A stretch of DNA of 64,000 nucleotides from an uncultured Candidatus Saccharibacteria bacterium (GTDB lineage: Bacteria; Patescibacteriota; Minisyncoccia; Phycocordibacterales; DATDWN01), in assembly GCA_964426735.1 (NCBI GenBank), contig CAYRRP010000002.1:6582-70581 (forward strand), read 5' to 3'. The notes beneath the pieces are model-generated. The model did not search any database, had not been told where the DNA came from, and saw nothing but the letters and a program-made list of their open reading frames with translations. Shown here one piece after another: positions 36,385 through 46,863 of this stretch (its first letter is position 1; each line of letters begins with the position of its first letter). The translations under genes and the position numbers were made by a program.

Positions 36385-39171
36385 ATGAGCATCAATGTAA
36401 AACGTCATGACGGTACTGTAGTGCCCTTTAATGCTGATAAGATCAATCGATCGATTGAACGAGCATGTAAAGGGCTTTTTGATCCAGTTGCAAAAGTTAC
36501 TCAGATTGCAACCGAAACGCGACTTACGCTCTATGATGGTATTACGACAGAAGAGATGGATCAGGCGACCATCAACGCTGCGGTGCAGAATATTATTTCT
36601 GATATTGAATATGATGTGGTCGCAACACGGCTTCTTTTGAAAACTGTGTATCGTCGAGTGGTGGGTGAATACGACAAAGATGATATTGCTGATCTCGAAC
36701 AAAAACACAAAGAAGCGTTTGTCCGGTTTATCAATGAAGGTGTTGCTGATAGACGACTTCATCCCGCGATGAAGAGTCGATTCAACCTTGATACGATAAC
36801 CGCTGCACTTCGTATAGAACGAGATGAGTTGTTCCAATACGCAGGACTTGATAGTTTATTATCTCGATATGCAATGAAGCATATTGATCAGACACCTCGA
36901 GAAACTCCACAGTTTTTCTTTATGCGTATTGCGATGGGTCTTGCATACAATGAACAATCTCCAACAGAGATGGCTATTAAGTTTTACAATAAAATGTCAA
37001 AACTTCAGTATGTTGCAGGAGGTTCAACGAACCTTGCTGCAGGAACTATAAACCCAGCACTTTCAAACTGCTACCTTCTTGAAATCCATGATGATATGGC
37101 TCATATCGCAAAATCAGTGTCAGATGTTATGTTGCTTTCAAAAGGTTCAGGAGGTATTGGTGCGTCAGTGACCAAACTTCGAGCATCAGGTTCACCGCTT
37201 AAGTCAAATAATGGTATTTCAACAGGGCCGACACCATTTGCAAAAATTATTGATACAGCGATTCGTGCAATTCAGCGAGGTGGAAAAAAGAAAGGAGCAT
37301 TGTGTTTCTACATGGAAAACTGGCATATTGATTTTCCAGAATTTCTCGATTGGAAGCATAATGCAGGAGATGATTACATGAGAATGCGTACTGCAAACAC
37401 TGCGGTATTTATGACTGATGAGTTTATGAAGCGAGTGCAAAATGGTGAAGAATGGTATATGTTTGACCCTGCAGAAACAGCAGACCTCAATGAACTCTAC
37501 GGAAAAGCATTTTCAAAACGATATGCAGAGTATATTGAGATGGCAAATGCAGGAAAATTAAGAACTTTTAAAAAAGTACCCGCAAAAGAACAGTATCGAC
37601 AGATTCTTGTTGCATTGCAAACCACTTCACATCCGTGGCTTACATGGAAAGATACTATCAACCTTCGCGCACTCAACAACAATACAGGAACGATTCATAT
37701 GAGTAATCTCTGTACAGAGATTTGTTTGCCGCAAGACAAAGATAATGTTGCGGTATGTAACCTTGCCTCATTAAACCTCGCTGCGCATATCAAAAATAAA
37801 GAAATTAATTGGTCGCTTCTCGAAGAGTCGGTGCGTCTTGCAGTGCGTCAGCTCGATAACCTGATTGATATTAACGTGCTCCCAATTCCTGAAGCAGAAA
37901 AATCAGATAAAGAAAATCGGGCGATTGGTCTCGGAGTGATGGGATTTTCAGATACGATTGAACAACTTGGTATGTCATATGATGCCGAGCATGCATGGGA
38001 TTTTGCTGATCGAATTTTTGAGTTTATTTCATATATGGCAATTGATGAATCAGCAAACTTGGCACAAGAACGAGGAAGTTATACTCATTTTGCAGGTTCA
38101 GAATGGTCAAAAGGCAAAGTGCCATTTGATACGATTGCAAAAGTGGAAGCGGAGCGAGGTCGTCCACTTACGGTAGATAAAGAAAGTAAGCACAAGGGTT
38201 TAAATTGGGATGTGCTCCGAGTAAAGGTGCAAAAAGGTATTCGAAATGCAACTCTTATGGCTGTGGCACCGAACGCAAATATCGGTCTGGTGGCTGCAAC
38301 TACGCCAGGTATTGATGCACGTTTTGCACAAATCTTTTCTCGAAATAAAATCTCAGGAAAATATATCGATATCAATCATAACCTTGTGAAAGATTTGAAG
38401 AATATGGGAATCTGGGAAAAAGTGAAAGGGGAGATTGTTGAACGACAAGGTGATATTGCAGATATTGCAGGGATTCCTCAACACATCAAAGATATCTACA
38501 AAACTTCATTTACCACTTCACCATATGCATATATTGAGGTAGCTGCTCGAGCTCAGAAATGGGTAGATCAAGGGCTTTCTCGAAACATGTATCTTGAAAC
38601 ACGTGATATTGATGAGACAATGAAGATATATCAGACTGCATGGGAGAAAGGTGTGAAGACTACATACTACCTCCATATGAAGCCTCGTCATACCGCTGAA
38701 CAATCAACTGTCGCAGTTAATAAGGCACAACAGATTGGTAAGACTGGTTTTGCAGCACTTGGTTTGAAAAAAGAAAGTGGCGCATTTGCGATGCCACTCC
38801 AGAAGTCACTTGATTCAGTAGAAGTACAGCCAAGTGTACCAGTTTCTGTTCCTACACCAGCACCGACTATAGCAAAAGAAAGTGAAGCTTTGGTAACAGC
38901 AGAAAAAATATTACAAAATGCACACGTACAAGCTCCGTATGTGTCTCCAGAAACGATAGTTCGAAGTAGCGGTTTTGCTTCGGTTGCCCCCGCACCAGTC
39001 TTGCAGACAACAACAGAAAAGAGTAATGTAGGTGCACCAGAGGTTATGAGTATGCCTCTTATGGAGAAAGTGCTTGTTGCAAAAGCAACTCCTGCGGTCA
39101 CAGTCAGTGATGCGGTGAAGGTGTGTCCTATAGACCCCGCCGAGCGAGCACAATGCGATAGTTGCCAGTAG
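36385..39171 (+). CDS. nrdA: class I ribonucleoside-diphosphate reductase alpha subunit with N-terminal ATP-cone and an about 170-aa low-complexity C-terminal extension
   Basis: ATP-cone (VKRHDGTVVPFNADKI), catalytic NLCTEI, and a C-terminal Cys cluster CPIDPAERAQCDSCQ. Confidence 0.9.
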   Translation: MSINVKRHDGTVVPFNADKINRSIERACKGLFDPVAKVTQIATETRLTLYDGITTEEMDQATINAAVQNIISDIEYDVVATRLLLKTVYRRVVGEYDKDDIADLEQKHKEAFVRFINEGVADRRLHPAMKSRFNLDTITAALRIERDELFQYAGLDSLLSRYAMKHIDQTPRETPQFFFMRIAMGLAYNEQSPTEMAIKFYNKMSKLQYVAGGSTNLAAGTINPALSNCYLLEIHDDMAHIAKSVSDVMLLSKGSGGIGASVTKLRASGSPLKSNNGISTGPTPFAKIIDTAIRAIQRGGKKKGALCFYMENWHIDFPEFLDWKHNAGDDYMRMRTANTAVFMTDEFMKRVQNGEEWYMFDPAETADLNELYGKAFSKRYAEYIEMANAGKLRTFKKVPAKEQYRQILVALQTTSHPWLTWKDTINLRALNNNTGTIHMSNLCTEICLPQDKDNVAVCNLASLNLAAHIKNKEINWSLLEESVRLAVRQLDNLIDINVLPIPEAEKSDKENRAIGLGVMGFSDTIEQLGMSYDAEHAWDFADRIFEFISYMAIDESANLAQERGSYTHFAGSEWSKGKVPFDTIAKVEAERGRPLTVDKESKHKGLNWDVLRVKVQKGIRNATLMAVAPNANIGLVAATTPGIDARFAQIFSRNKISGKYIDINHNLVKDLKNMGIWEKVKGEIVERQGDIADIAGIPQHIKDIYKTSFTTSPYAYIEVAARAQKWVDQGLSRNMYLETRDIDETMKIYQTAWEKGVKTTYYLHMKPRHTAEQSTVAVNKAQQIGKTGFAALGLKKESGAFAMPLQKSLDSVEVQPSVPVSVPTPAPTIAKESEALVTAEKILQNAHVQAPYVSPETIVRSSGFASVAPAPVLQTTTEKSNVGAPEVMSMPLMEKVLVAKATPAVTVSDAVKVCPIDPAERAQCDSCQ

Positions 39172-39399
39172 AAGAGACTACAACATTCATTTTTTCACTT
39201 AGTCCTCGCCTTTTGAGAGATACGGCATAATTTTTTGACCTTCCGCAAACTCGCTTCGCTTCGGTCCTGAGTACAAGACTTGGTGCTCACGGTCTAAAAA
39301 AATTATTGATATCTCTTGCAAAAGTCTGCGAAATCGTTCAAAAATGAATATTGCATTCTCTGTGGTAAATTATTTATTTATTAATTAATCATAAAACAT

Positions 39400-40431
39400 A
39401 TGGCATTAATTGGAAAAGCGTCACCAGAAGATATGAACCTACATCCACTTAATTATAAGTGGGCGTATGATCTCTATAACCAAGCAGTGCGAAATACTTG
39501 GTTTCCTCATGAAATTGCACTCAACGAAGACCTTCAGGATTTCGAGCAGATGACTCCTGATGAGCAGCATGCAGTGAAGTTTTTGATGGCATTTTTCAAC
39601 CCTGCAGAGCTTATCGTAAACCGCTCAATCGCGCTTGGTATTTACCCATATCTCAAATCTCCAGAGTGTCACCTCTATCTTGCAAAGCAGATGTGGGAAG
39701 AAGCAAACCACTGTGTAGCGTTTGAGTATGTACTTGAAACTTTTCCGTTTGATCGCGAAAAGATTTTCAACCTGCACCTTGAAGTCCCTTCGATGCTTGC
39801 AAAGGAAAACTACATCAACAAGTACATGAAGCGAATGACTGAAGACAGTCTTGATATTGAGACTGTAGACGGGAAGAAAGACTTCATCAGAAACTTGGTA
39901 GCAACAAATATCGTGATGGAAGGTATTTGGTTTTATTCAGGCTTCATGGTGGCACTTTCGTTCCGCCAGCGAAACCAACTCCGAAACTTTGGCTCAATGA
40001 TTAACTGGGTGCTTCGAGACGAATCACTTCATCTAAAGTTTGGTATGAACTTGATTCATAATATTCTTGAAGAAAATGCAGAACTTCTCACTGAAGAGTT
40101 TGCGGCAGAAATTCGAAACATTGTTATCGAAGGAGTAGATCGAGAAACAGATTACAATAAAGATTTGTTCCCAAATGGAATTCTCGGGCTCAACGCTGAT
40201 TATGTAAACCAGTACGTGCAGTATGTGGCTGACCGACGTCTTGAAGAGCTTGGGCTACCAAAACACTACGGTGCAACAAATCCTGCGAAGTGGATGTCGA
40301 CTGCTACTGATGTGTTTGAGCTTGTAAACTTCTTTGAAGCTCAAAATACAAGCTATGAAGTAGATGGACGGGCGCACCAGTCAAAGAAAGAAGGTGATAC
40401 TCCACAGGCACCAACTGCTCCAACGGAATAA
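39400..40431 (+). CDS. nrdB: ribonucleoside-diphosphate reductase beta subunit
   Basis: Di-iron ligand region ...EEANHCVAFEYV... and the tyrosyl radical region. Confidence 0.9.
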   Translation: MALIGKASPEDMNLHPLNYKWAYDLYNQAVRNTWFPHEIALNEDLQDFEQMTPDEQHAVKFLMAFFNPAELIVNRSIALGIYPYLKSPECHLYLAKQMWEEANHCVAFEYVLETFPFDREKIFNLHLEVPSMLAKENYINKYMKRMTEDSLDIETVDGKKDFIRNLVATNIVMEGIWFYSGFMVALSFRQRNQLRNFGSMINWVLRDESLHLKFGMNLIHNILEENAELLTEEFAAEIRNIVIEGVDRETDYNKDLFPNGILGLNADYVNQYVQYVADRRLEELGLPKHYGATNPAKWMSTATDVFELVNFFEAQNTSYEVDGRAHQSKKEGDTPQAPTAPTE

Positions 40432-40545
40432 GGTATAAAAAATGGCTCAAATGAGCCATTTTTTAGTATCCCTGAAGGAAATTAAATTGCGTTTTGATAG
40501 ATTGCTTAACCGAAGGTTTTATACTAGTATCGTTAAAGGAGGCAG

Positions 40546-40776
40546 TTGATGTCGCAAAGGTCTGAAGAATATACGTTTGATTTTGGGAGTGTGAATCATG
40601 TTTCAGGGAACACGTTTGATCTGAAAGTAACTGTTGTGTTCCATGATGGAAGATTTACACTACGAGCGATTCGTGATGGTAAGGGAGGTACTTTTGAAGA
40701 ATTACCACAACGGGTCATGGAAAAACTCTTAACACACTCTCTTAAGGAGGTTGTGTTCGACTACTACACTCAGTAG
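40546..40776 (+). CDS. hypothetical small protein
   Basis: 76-aa ORF followed by a strong terminator. Confidence 0.4.
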   Translation: MMSQRSEEYTFDFGSVNHVSGNTFDLKVTVVFHDGRFTLRAIRDGKGGTFEELPQRVMEKLLTHSLKEVVFDYYTQ

Positions 40777-40777
40777 A

Positions 40778-40812
40778 AAATCCCCCGAGCCTAGCTCGGG
40801 GGATTTCGTTAT
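40778..40812 (+). terminator. terminator aaatcccccgagc-ctag-ctcgggggattt
   Basis: 13-bp stem. Confidence 0.7.
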
Positions 40813-40870
40813 ACATCCACATAAGAGACATGATATAATGTCGGCATATTCACTTTAATTTGAAATACGA

Positions 40871-41899
40871 ATGAAGAAACTACGAATTGGTATCAATGGT
40901 GCAGGGCGAATCGGGCGAGCATTTTTGAAAATTGCCGAAAAGCGAGATGAGCTTGAGGTGGTTGCTATCAACGACCTTGGAAATATCGACAATATTGCAT
41001 ACCTTTTGAAATACGATACAGCATACGGACGAAGTGGACTTGATGTGAAAGTATCTGATGATAAAAAAACGCTCATGATTGATGGGCGGGAAGTAAAGTT
41101 CTTGTCTGAAAAAGACCCATCACTGCTTCCGTGGAAAGATTTAGATATCGATGTGGCTGTTGAATCTACAGGTTTCTTTACTTCATTTGAAAAAGCACGC
41201 ATGCATGTGACTGCGGGTGCAAAAAAAGTGGTTATCAGTGCTCCTGCAAAAGATGGAGCAAGTGCGGCAGATGAAGGAACCATACTTATGGGTATCAACT
41301 GCGATACGCTCAAAGATATGGTCGTGACTTCAAATGCATCATGTACCACAAATGGTGGAAGTCCAGTGATTGATATTTTGGATAAGGCGATTGGTATCGA
41401 AAAAGCAGTCCTCAATACCGTACATGCATACACCGCAAGTCAGGGAATCGTGGATGGACCAAATGCAAAAGATTTCAAAGAGGGACGAGCTGGTGCACAA
41501 AATATCGTACCAACATCAACTGGTGCGGCGATTGCTCTCACAAAAGTAATGACGAGTCTTACTGGAAAATTTGATGGTATCTCACTTCGTGTACCAGTAA
41601 TCTCTGGTTCAATGGCAGATATTACGTTTATTGCAAAGAAAAATACAACAGTTGAAGAAGTAAACAAAGCGCTTGAGGAAGCATCAAAAACTGACCATTG
41701 GAAAAATGTATTTGGTGTTGTAAAAGATCCAGTAGTTTCTACTGACATTCTTGGTCTTCCGTATGCATCGATTGCAGACCTTGGGCTTACACGAGTGGTA
41801 GATGGCAACCTTGTGAAGGTGCTTGCATGGTATGACAATGAGATGGGGTATACTCACTCACTGGTTGAACATGTTATTAAAACAGGGAGCTTTTTATAG
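40871..41899 (+). CDS. gap: glyceraldehyde-3-phosphate dehydrogenase
   Basis: INGAGRIGR, catalytic SNASCTTN, and WYDNEMGY. Confidence 0.9.
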   Translation: MKKLRIGINGAGRIGRAFLKIAEKRDELEVVAINDLGNIDNIAYLLKYDTAYGRSGLDVKVSDDKKTLMIDGREVKFLSEKDPSLLPWKDLDIDVAVESTGFFTSFEKARMHVTAGAKKVVISAPAKDGASAADEGTILMGINCDTLKDMVVTSNASCTTNGGSPVIDILDKAIGIEKAVLNTVHAYTASQGIVDGPNAKDFKEGRAGAQNIVPTSTGAAIALTKVMTSLTGKFDGISLRVPVISGSMADITFIAKKNTTVEEVNKALEEASKTDHWKNVFGVVKDPVVSTDILGLPYASIADLGLTRVVDGNLVKVLAWYDNEMGYTHSLVEHVIKTGSFL

Positions 41900-41928
41900 T
41901 CATGAGTAGACAGTAAACAGTCAATAGA

Positions 41929-42282
41929 ATGAAAGGAGGCTATAAAGATCTATTGGTGTGGCAAAAAGCAATGAAGCTTGTTTTGCTGGTTTACGAATAT
42001 ACAAAAGACTTCCCGGCTTCAGAAAATTTTGGTTTAACTTCTCAGATAAGAAGATCAGTTGTTTCTATACCTTCAAATATTGCAGAAGGAAGTAAGAGGA
42101 AAACCAAAAAAGATTTTCAACAATTTATCTCAATTGCACTTGGTTCAGGTGCTGAGCTAGAAACTCAAATTGAGATATCAAAACAGCTAAAATATGGAAA
42201 TAATGTTAAAATAAAGGAGATAGAAAATTTATCAAATGAGGTTATGAGAATGCTGTTTGCTTTATTTAAAGTGAACTATTGA
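41929..42282 (+). CDS. four-helix-bundle protein (TIGR02436-like, so-called 23S rRNA intervening sequence protein family)
   Basis: 117 aa with ...SIPSNIAEGS..R..KDF..F..IALGS..ELETQ.... Confidence 0.6.
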   Translation: MKGGYKDLLVWQKAMKLVLLVYEYTKDFPASENFGLTSQIRRSVVSIPSNIAEGSKRKTKKDFQQFISIALGSGAELETQIEISKQLKYGNNVKIKEIENLSNEVMRMLFALFKVNY

Positions 42283-42308
42283 CTTATGACTGTTAACTAA
42301 AGACTACC

Positions 42309-42767
42309 GTGACTATTTATTTAGCTTCAGATCATGCAGGTTTTACACTCAAAGAATCAGTTCACAAAGTACTTAAAGAACTTGAGTATGAAGTGATAGA
42401 TTTGGGTGCGGAGAAAGAAATTCCTGGCGACGATTATCCAGAAATAATTGCTCGTGCAGCACAGAAAGTATCTGAAAATCCAGAACAAGATAAAGCAATC
42501 ATTTTCGGTGGTTCAGGACAAGGTGAAGCAATCGTTGCAAATAAATTTCCAGGAGTACGTGCGGTAGTTTTCTATGGTGGCGCCCTTGATATTATTACTC
42601 TTTCACGAGAACATAATGATGCAAACATACTCTCGCTTGCAGGACGTTTTGTGACAGAAGATGAAGCAAAAGAAGTGGTTGGTTTGTGGTTAGCAACTGC
42701 TTTCTCTCGAGAAGAACGACATGTACGTCGAATTACTCAAATTAAAGATATTGAATTGAACGTATGA
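42309..42767 (+). CDS. rpiB: ribose-5-phosphate isomerase B
   Basis: 152 aa, RpiB/LacAB fold signature (IYLASDHAG...GGSGQGEAI). Confidence 0.8.
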   Translation: MTIYLASDHAGFTLKESVHKVLKELEYEVIDLGAEKEIPGDDYPEIIARAAQKVSENPEQDKAIIFGGSGQGEAIVANKFPGVRAVVFYGGALDIITLSREHNDANILSLAGRFVTEDEAKEVVGLWLATAFSREERHVRRITQIKDIELNV

Positions 42768-43426
42768 CTATAGTAGTACCTGCAATAATCACAAAAAATT
42801 TCAAACTTCTCGAAGAGAAAGTGTCTCTCGTGAAAGATTTTGTTGAGTATGTTCAGGTGGATATTACCGATGGAAAGTTTACTCACAACATAACCTGGCC
42901 ATATGTAGGAGATACTGGTGAGTATGCACAGCTTGTCCAAGAAGAAATCGGTTTGCCTTTTTGGGAAGAAGTTGATTATGAATTTCATCTGATGGTAGAA
43001 AAGCCAGAACTCACTGTCTCTGATTGGATCAAAGCTGGTGCGTCTCGTATCATTATTCAGTTTGAGAGTACTACAGAGATGCGTGCAATTATTGATATGT
43101 GCCACGCTGCTTCTGTGGAAGTAGGTATTGCGTTAAAACCTTCTACAGATAGTGAGCTTCTTGTTCCGTTTATTTCTGATATCTGTTGTATTCAGTGTAT
43201 GGGAAATGAAGAGCTTGGAAGACATGGTGCTCCACTTGATATGTCTGTCTTAGAGAAGATTAAAATGCTTCGAGAAAAATATCCAAACATGAATATTGCA
43301 ATTGATATTGGTGTGCACGAAGATACTGTAAACGATTTGGTGGATGCAGGTGCCGACACACTTGTTGCAGGTTCAGCAATTTTTGATGCAGAGAATATAG
43401 AACAAGCAATACGAGATCTGGAATAA
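42764..43426 (+). CDS. rpe: ribulose-phosphate 3-epimerase-like (divergent)
   Basis: TIM-barrel RPE family features (VDITDG..., ...FHLMV..., ...IDIGV...). TGA/ATG overlap with rpiB. Confidence 0.6.
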   Translation: MTIVVPAIITKNFKLLEEKVSLVKDFVEYVQVDITDGKFTHNITWPYVGDTGEYAQLVQEEIGLPFWEEVDYEFHLMVEKPELTVSDWIKAGASRIIIQFESTTEMRAIIDMCHAASVEVGIALKPSTDSELLVPFISDICCIQCMGNEELGRHGAPLDMSVLEKIKMLREKYPNMNIAIDIGVHEDTVNDLVDAGADTLVAGSAIFDAENIEQAIRDLE

Positions 43427-43440
43427 AAAGCGAAAACCCG

Positions 43441-43474
43441 CCACAGAATATGTTGCGGGTTTCTTTAGGGTTGT
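43441..43474. terminator. terminator aaacccgc-N13-gcgggttt
   Basis: 8-bp stem. A possible 43-aa membrane peptide ORF (43466-43596, minus strand) abuts it. Confidence 0.5.
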
Positions 43475-43690
43475 TTTTTGGAACGAGCTTCGTGTTGTCG
43501 GATAAGGAGCCAGAGGATTGCTGGGATACCAACAACGGAGAATGCTAAAAAGCAAAACCCCATATTGGTATAATGGAATGTAGGTTCAAGTGGCATTCTG
43601 TGTATACAATAAATGTAAAAGTGTTATTAGTCAACCTATCCACATGCTGTACAAGTAAAAGGAGTTATTTTTTTGGTATACTTACGTTGT

Positions 43691-44584
43691 ATGGATCTCA
43701 CTCCTGAAAAAATTTTGTTCTTGAAAGAAAAAGCAAATGACATCCGTATCTCAATTATTGAGATGCTTGTTGCTGCAGGTTCAGGACATTCTGCAGGGCC
43801 TTTAGGTATGACGGATATTTTTACAGCACTCTATTTTCATATTCTTAAGCACGAACCAAAAAATCCGTTCTGGGAAGATCGTGATAGGCTTGTACTTTCA
43901 AATGGACATATTTGTCCAGTGATGTATGCAACCATGGCTCATGCTGGATATTTTCCTACATCAGAGCTACTTACATTGCGCAAGTTTAAATCTCGACTTC
44001 AGGGTCATCCTCATCGAGAGTTTTATCCGTATGCAGAGACTTCATCAGGCCCACTTGGTTCAGGTCTTTCTCAGGCAGTAGGTATGGCTATCGCTGATCG
44101 GATGGATCATGGTCTCACATCAAGTCGATTTTTCTACTGCTTACTCGGTGATGGAGAACTTAATGAAGGGCAAAACTGGGAGGCTATCATGCTTGCAGCA
44201 AAAGAGCGTCTCGGTAAACTTATCGTATTTGTTGATCGCAATAATATTCAGATCGATGGATATACCGAAGATGTGATGCCTCTTGAGTCTCTCACACATA
44301 AGTTTGAAAGCTTCGGATGGCATACAGAAGAAATCGATGGGCATAATATGGGCTCTATTGTAGAAGCGGTGGGTCGCGCTCAAGCAGTCTTTGATGGGCC
44401 GAGTGTTATTATTGCTCGGACGATACCAGGAAAAGGTGTGTCATATATGGAACGTGACTTCAAGTGGCACGGTAATCCTCCAGGGACAGATATAAAAGGT
44501 GAACCACCAAAAGAAGATCAGGCGAATATTGCACTTCGAGAGTTGCGTACACTCAGTGGTCAGATCACATCAGAACATCAATAA
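43691..44584 (+). CDS. transketolase, N-terminal (TPP-binding) subunit of a split enzyme
   Basis: SGHSAGPLGMTDIF...GDGELNEG. Confidence 0.8.
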   Translation: MDLTPEKILFLKEKANDIRISIIEMLVAAGSGHSAGPLGMTDIFTALYFHILKHEPKNPFWEDRDRLVLSNGHICPVMYATMAHAGYFPTSELLTLRKFKSRLQGHPHREFYPYAETSSGPLGSGLSQAVGMAIADRMDHGLTSSRFFYCLLGDGELNEGQNWEAIMLAAKERLGKLIVFVDRNNIQIDGYTEDVMPLESLTHKFESFGWHTEEIDGHNMGSIVEAVGRAQAVFDGPSVIIARTIPGKGVSYMERDFKWHGNPPGTDIKGEPPKEDQANIALRELRTLSGQITSEHQ

Positions 44585-44585
44585 T

Positions 44586-45581
44586 ATGATAAATTCTCTC
44601 CAATTTTTAAATAAAAAAATATTTGATAAAGATGTTGAAAAAGTTCCAATTCGAAAAGGTTTTGGGGAGGGTTTAGTGTTGGCAGGTGAAGCGGATGCTC
44701 GGGTAGTAGGGTTGTGTGCAGACCTCACCGAGTCTACACAAATGCATTTGTTTAAAGAAAAATTTCCTGAACGTTTTATTGAAATCGGTGTAGCAGAACA
44801 AAACCTTGCATCGGTTGCATCAGGTTTGTCGGCGATGGGGAAGGTGCCCTTCATTACCAGTTATGCAATGTTTTCTCCAGGGAGAAATTGGGAACAAATC
44901 CGTACAACTATTTGTTATAACAATCGACAGGTGATTATTGCAGGTTCTCATGCAGGTGTTTCAGTGGGGCCGGACGGAGGGACACATCAGGCGATTGAGG
45001 ATATTGCTATTACGCGAGTGATACCCAACCTTACTGTAATTTCTCCATGTGATTATATTGAAGCAAGGAAAGTTGTACGTGCTTCTGTTACGCTCGGTTC
45101 ACCGGTGTATATTCGACTCGCGCGAGAAAAGACTCCTGTTATTACTACAGATGAATCTCCGTTTGAAATTGGAAAAGCAAATCTTTTGTATGGTACAGAA
45201 GATGTAAAAGCTGATGTCGGTATTATTGCGACAGGTGCGCTGGTACATAAAGCATTACTTGTTGCAGAGACATTGAAAAAAGAAAAAATATCAGTAAAAG
45301 TGTTAAATGTTCATACGATTAAACCACTTGATACTGATGCAGTACTCACACTTGCAAAAGATTGTGGAGCTATTGTCACTGTAGAAGAACATCAGATTGT
45401 GGGAGGATTGGGTAGTGCGATATCAGAGTATCTTTCATCTGTATATCCAACACCAATTGAATTTATTGGTGTGCATGATCAGTTTGGACAATCAGGGACT
45501 CCAGATGAATTGATTGAGTATTATGGTATGGGAGAGTTTTCGATTGCAAATGCTGTACGAGTAGTACTCAAAAGAAAGTAA
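44586..45581 (+). CDS. transketolase, C-terminal (pyrimidine-binding/C-terminal domain) subunit
   Basis: Begins 1 nt after the stop of the N-terminal subunit gene. ...FIEIGVAEQN... Confidence 0.8.
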   Translation: MINSLQFLNKKIFDKDVEKVPIRKGFGEGLVLAGEADARVVGLCADLTESTQMHLFKEKFPERFIEIGVAEQNLASVASGLSAMGKVPFITSYAMFSPGRNWEQIRTTICYNNRQVIIAGSHAGVSVGPDGGTHQAIEDIAITRVIPNLTVISPCDYIEARKVVRASVTLGSPVYIRLAREKTPVITTDESPFEIGKANLLYGTEDVKADVGIIATGALVHKALLVAETLKKEKISVKVLNVHTIKPLDTDAVLTLAKDCGAIVTVEEHQIVGGLGSAISEYLSSVYPTPIEFIGVHDQFGQSGTPDELIEYYGMGEFSIANAVRVVLKRK

Positions 45582-45593
45582 TCGTGGTAGTGT

Positions 45594-45812
45594 GTGGCAA
45601 GGAGGATTCACATGGATATTGTTCTTGATCATTGCTACCGGAAACATTCTACAAAGAGAGTGTACATTCTTACTGAGATTGAAAGAGATAATAGAGGTGT
45701 TGAGTACGTGACGTTATCTGAGCAGGGTAATTTGAATGTTCGATACATCACAATGAGAGATTTTTGTGCTCAATATAAAAAATTGCGTACTCCAAAAAAC
45801 AAAAAGACCTGA
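45594..45812 (+). CDS. hypothetical small basic protein
   Basis: 72-aa ORF. Confidence 0.35.
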   Translation: MARRIHMDIVLDHCYRKHSTKRVYILTEIERDNRGVEYVTLSEQGNLNVRYITMRDFCAQYKKLRTPKNKKT

Positions 45813-45831
45813 GGTTACCAACCCAGGTCTT
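45804..45831. terminator. bidirectional terminator aagacctg-N12-caggtctt with T-runs on minus side
   Basis: Lies between convergent genes. Confidence 0.65.
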
Positions 45832-45835
45832 TCAG

Positions 45836-46828
45836 CTATAGAGTATGAGGAGTGTACTCTGCCGGGGCATCTGTGAGGTATGCTTCCAGTTTTTCTCGAG
45901 AGAGTAGTCCTCGTTGAGCTCCGACTTGTTGCACAACGGATATTGAGTTGATTGGCCCCCACATGAGAGCTTCTTTTACTGATAGTCCGTGAGCAAGTGC
46001 TGAAACCACTGTGGATGCAAATGCATCACCTGCTCCAGTACGCTCAACTGGTTCATGTGGGTATGTTGGGATAAACCAAGACTCATTTCCATCGTATGCA
46101 TATGCACCTTCAATACCATCGGTGATAAAGACGTATCGTGGGCCAAGTGAAGCAATACCTTTAAGAAGAGATTTGATATCACGTGAGGTAACTGAAAGGA
46201 TTTTTTGAGCCTCTTCTACGTTGCAGAAAAAGATTTCGGTGTGTTGGTAAATATCTTTCAGTGTATCTTTGCCGAGGCGTATTTGAAATGTTCCTGGTTG
46301 GAATACAAGTTTAGTTTCTGAGTTGTTTTTGATAAATGATGCGATTTCATTATGAAATGCAAGAGAGTTTTCTCCCAGTGATGAGAGGTAAATATAGCGA
46401 GGTTTGCCAATGTCTCCAAGTGAATAATCAAACTGCTCATGTTTGATAAGAATTGTTCGTTCTACGTCGTACCATAAGACGTAATGATAGTTGGTTTTCT
46501 TACCTTTTTCTGTTCGCACAAAATCAGTAATAACTTTATTTCTTTTGAGTTCTTCGATGCAGTCAATACCGTCTGTATCATCTCCTACATATGAAAGGAG
46601 TGCTGAATTGAGTCCCAGTCGAGCTGCAGAGACCGCTGCATTTGCACTATTTCCTACAGCTTTGATCACATCTACAGATTCGTAGGGAATCTTTTCTCCA
46701 AATGGAACACAAAGCTTGCAGTTTGTATGATCAATTTCACAATTGACAGTAGCTTCTTTGAGTCGAATAAATGCATCGGTTACAATGTCGCCAATGCAGA
46801 GAACATCTATGTTTTTTTCTTTACTCAT
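45836..46828 (-). CDS. PfkB-family carbohydrate kinase (ribokinase-like)
   Basis: N-terminal GDIVTD and C-terminal GAGDAF anion-hole motif. Confidence 0.75.
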   Translation of the reverse strand: MSKEKNIDVLCIGDIVTDAFIRLKEATVNCEIDHTNCKLCVPFGEKIPYESVDVIKAVGNSANAAVSAARLGLNSALLSYVGDDTDGIDCIEELKRNKVITDFVRTEKGKKTNYHYVLWYDVERTILIKHEQFDYSLGDIGKPRYIYLSSLGENSLAFHNEIASFIKNNSETKLVFQPGTFQIRLGKDTLKDIYQHTEIFFCNVEEAQKILSVTSRDIKSLLKGIASLGPRYVFITDGIEGAYAYDGNESWFIPTYPHEPVERTGAGDAFASTVVSALAHGLSVKEALMWGPINSISVVQQVGAQRGLLSREKLEAYLTDAPAEYTPHTL

Positions 46829-46863
46829 ATTCCTTTAGTATATCATTGTGGTATACTTTTTGC

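Noticed and set aside
43673-45581. Split transketolase as a novelty
   Set aside because: Two-gene transketolases (N- and C-terminal subunits) are well known in archaea and various bacteria. Here the genes are adjacent with a 1-nt spacer. Recorded as a feature, not a finding.
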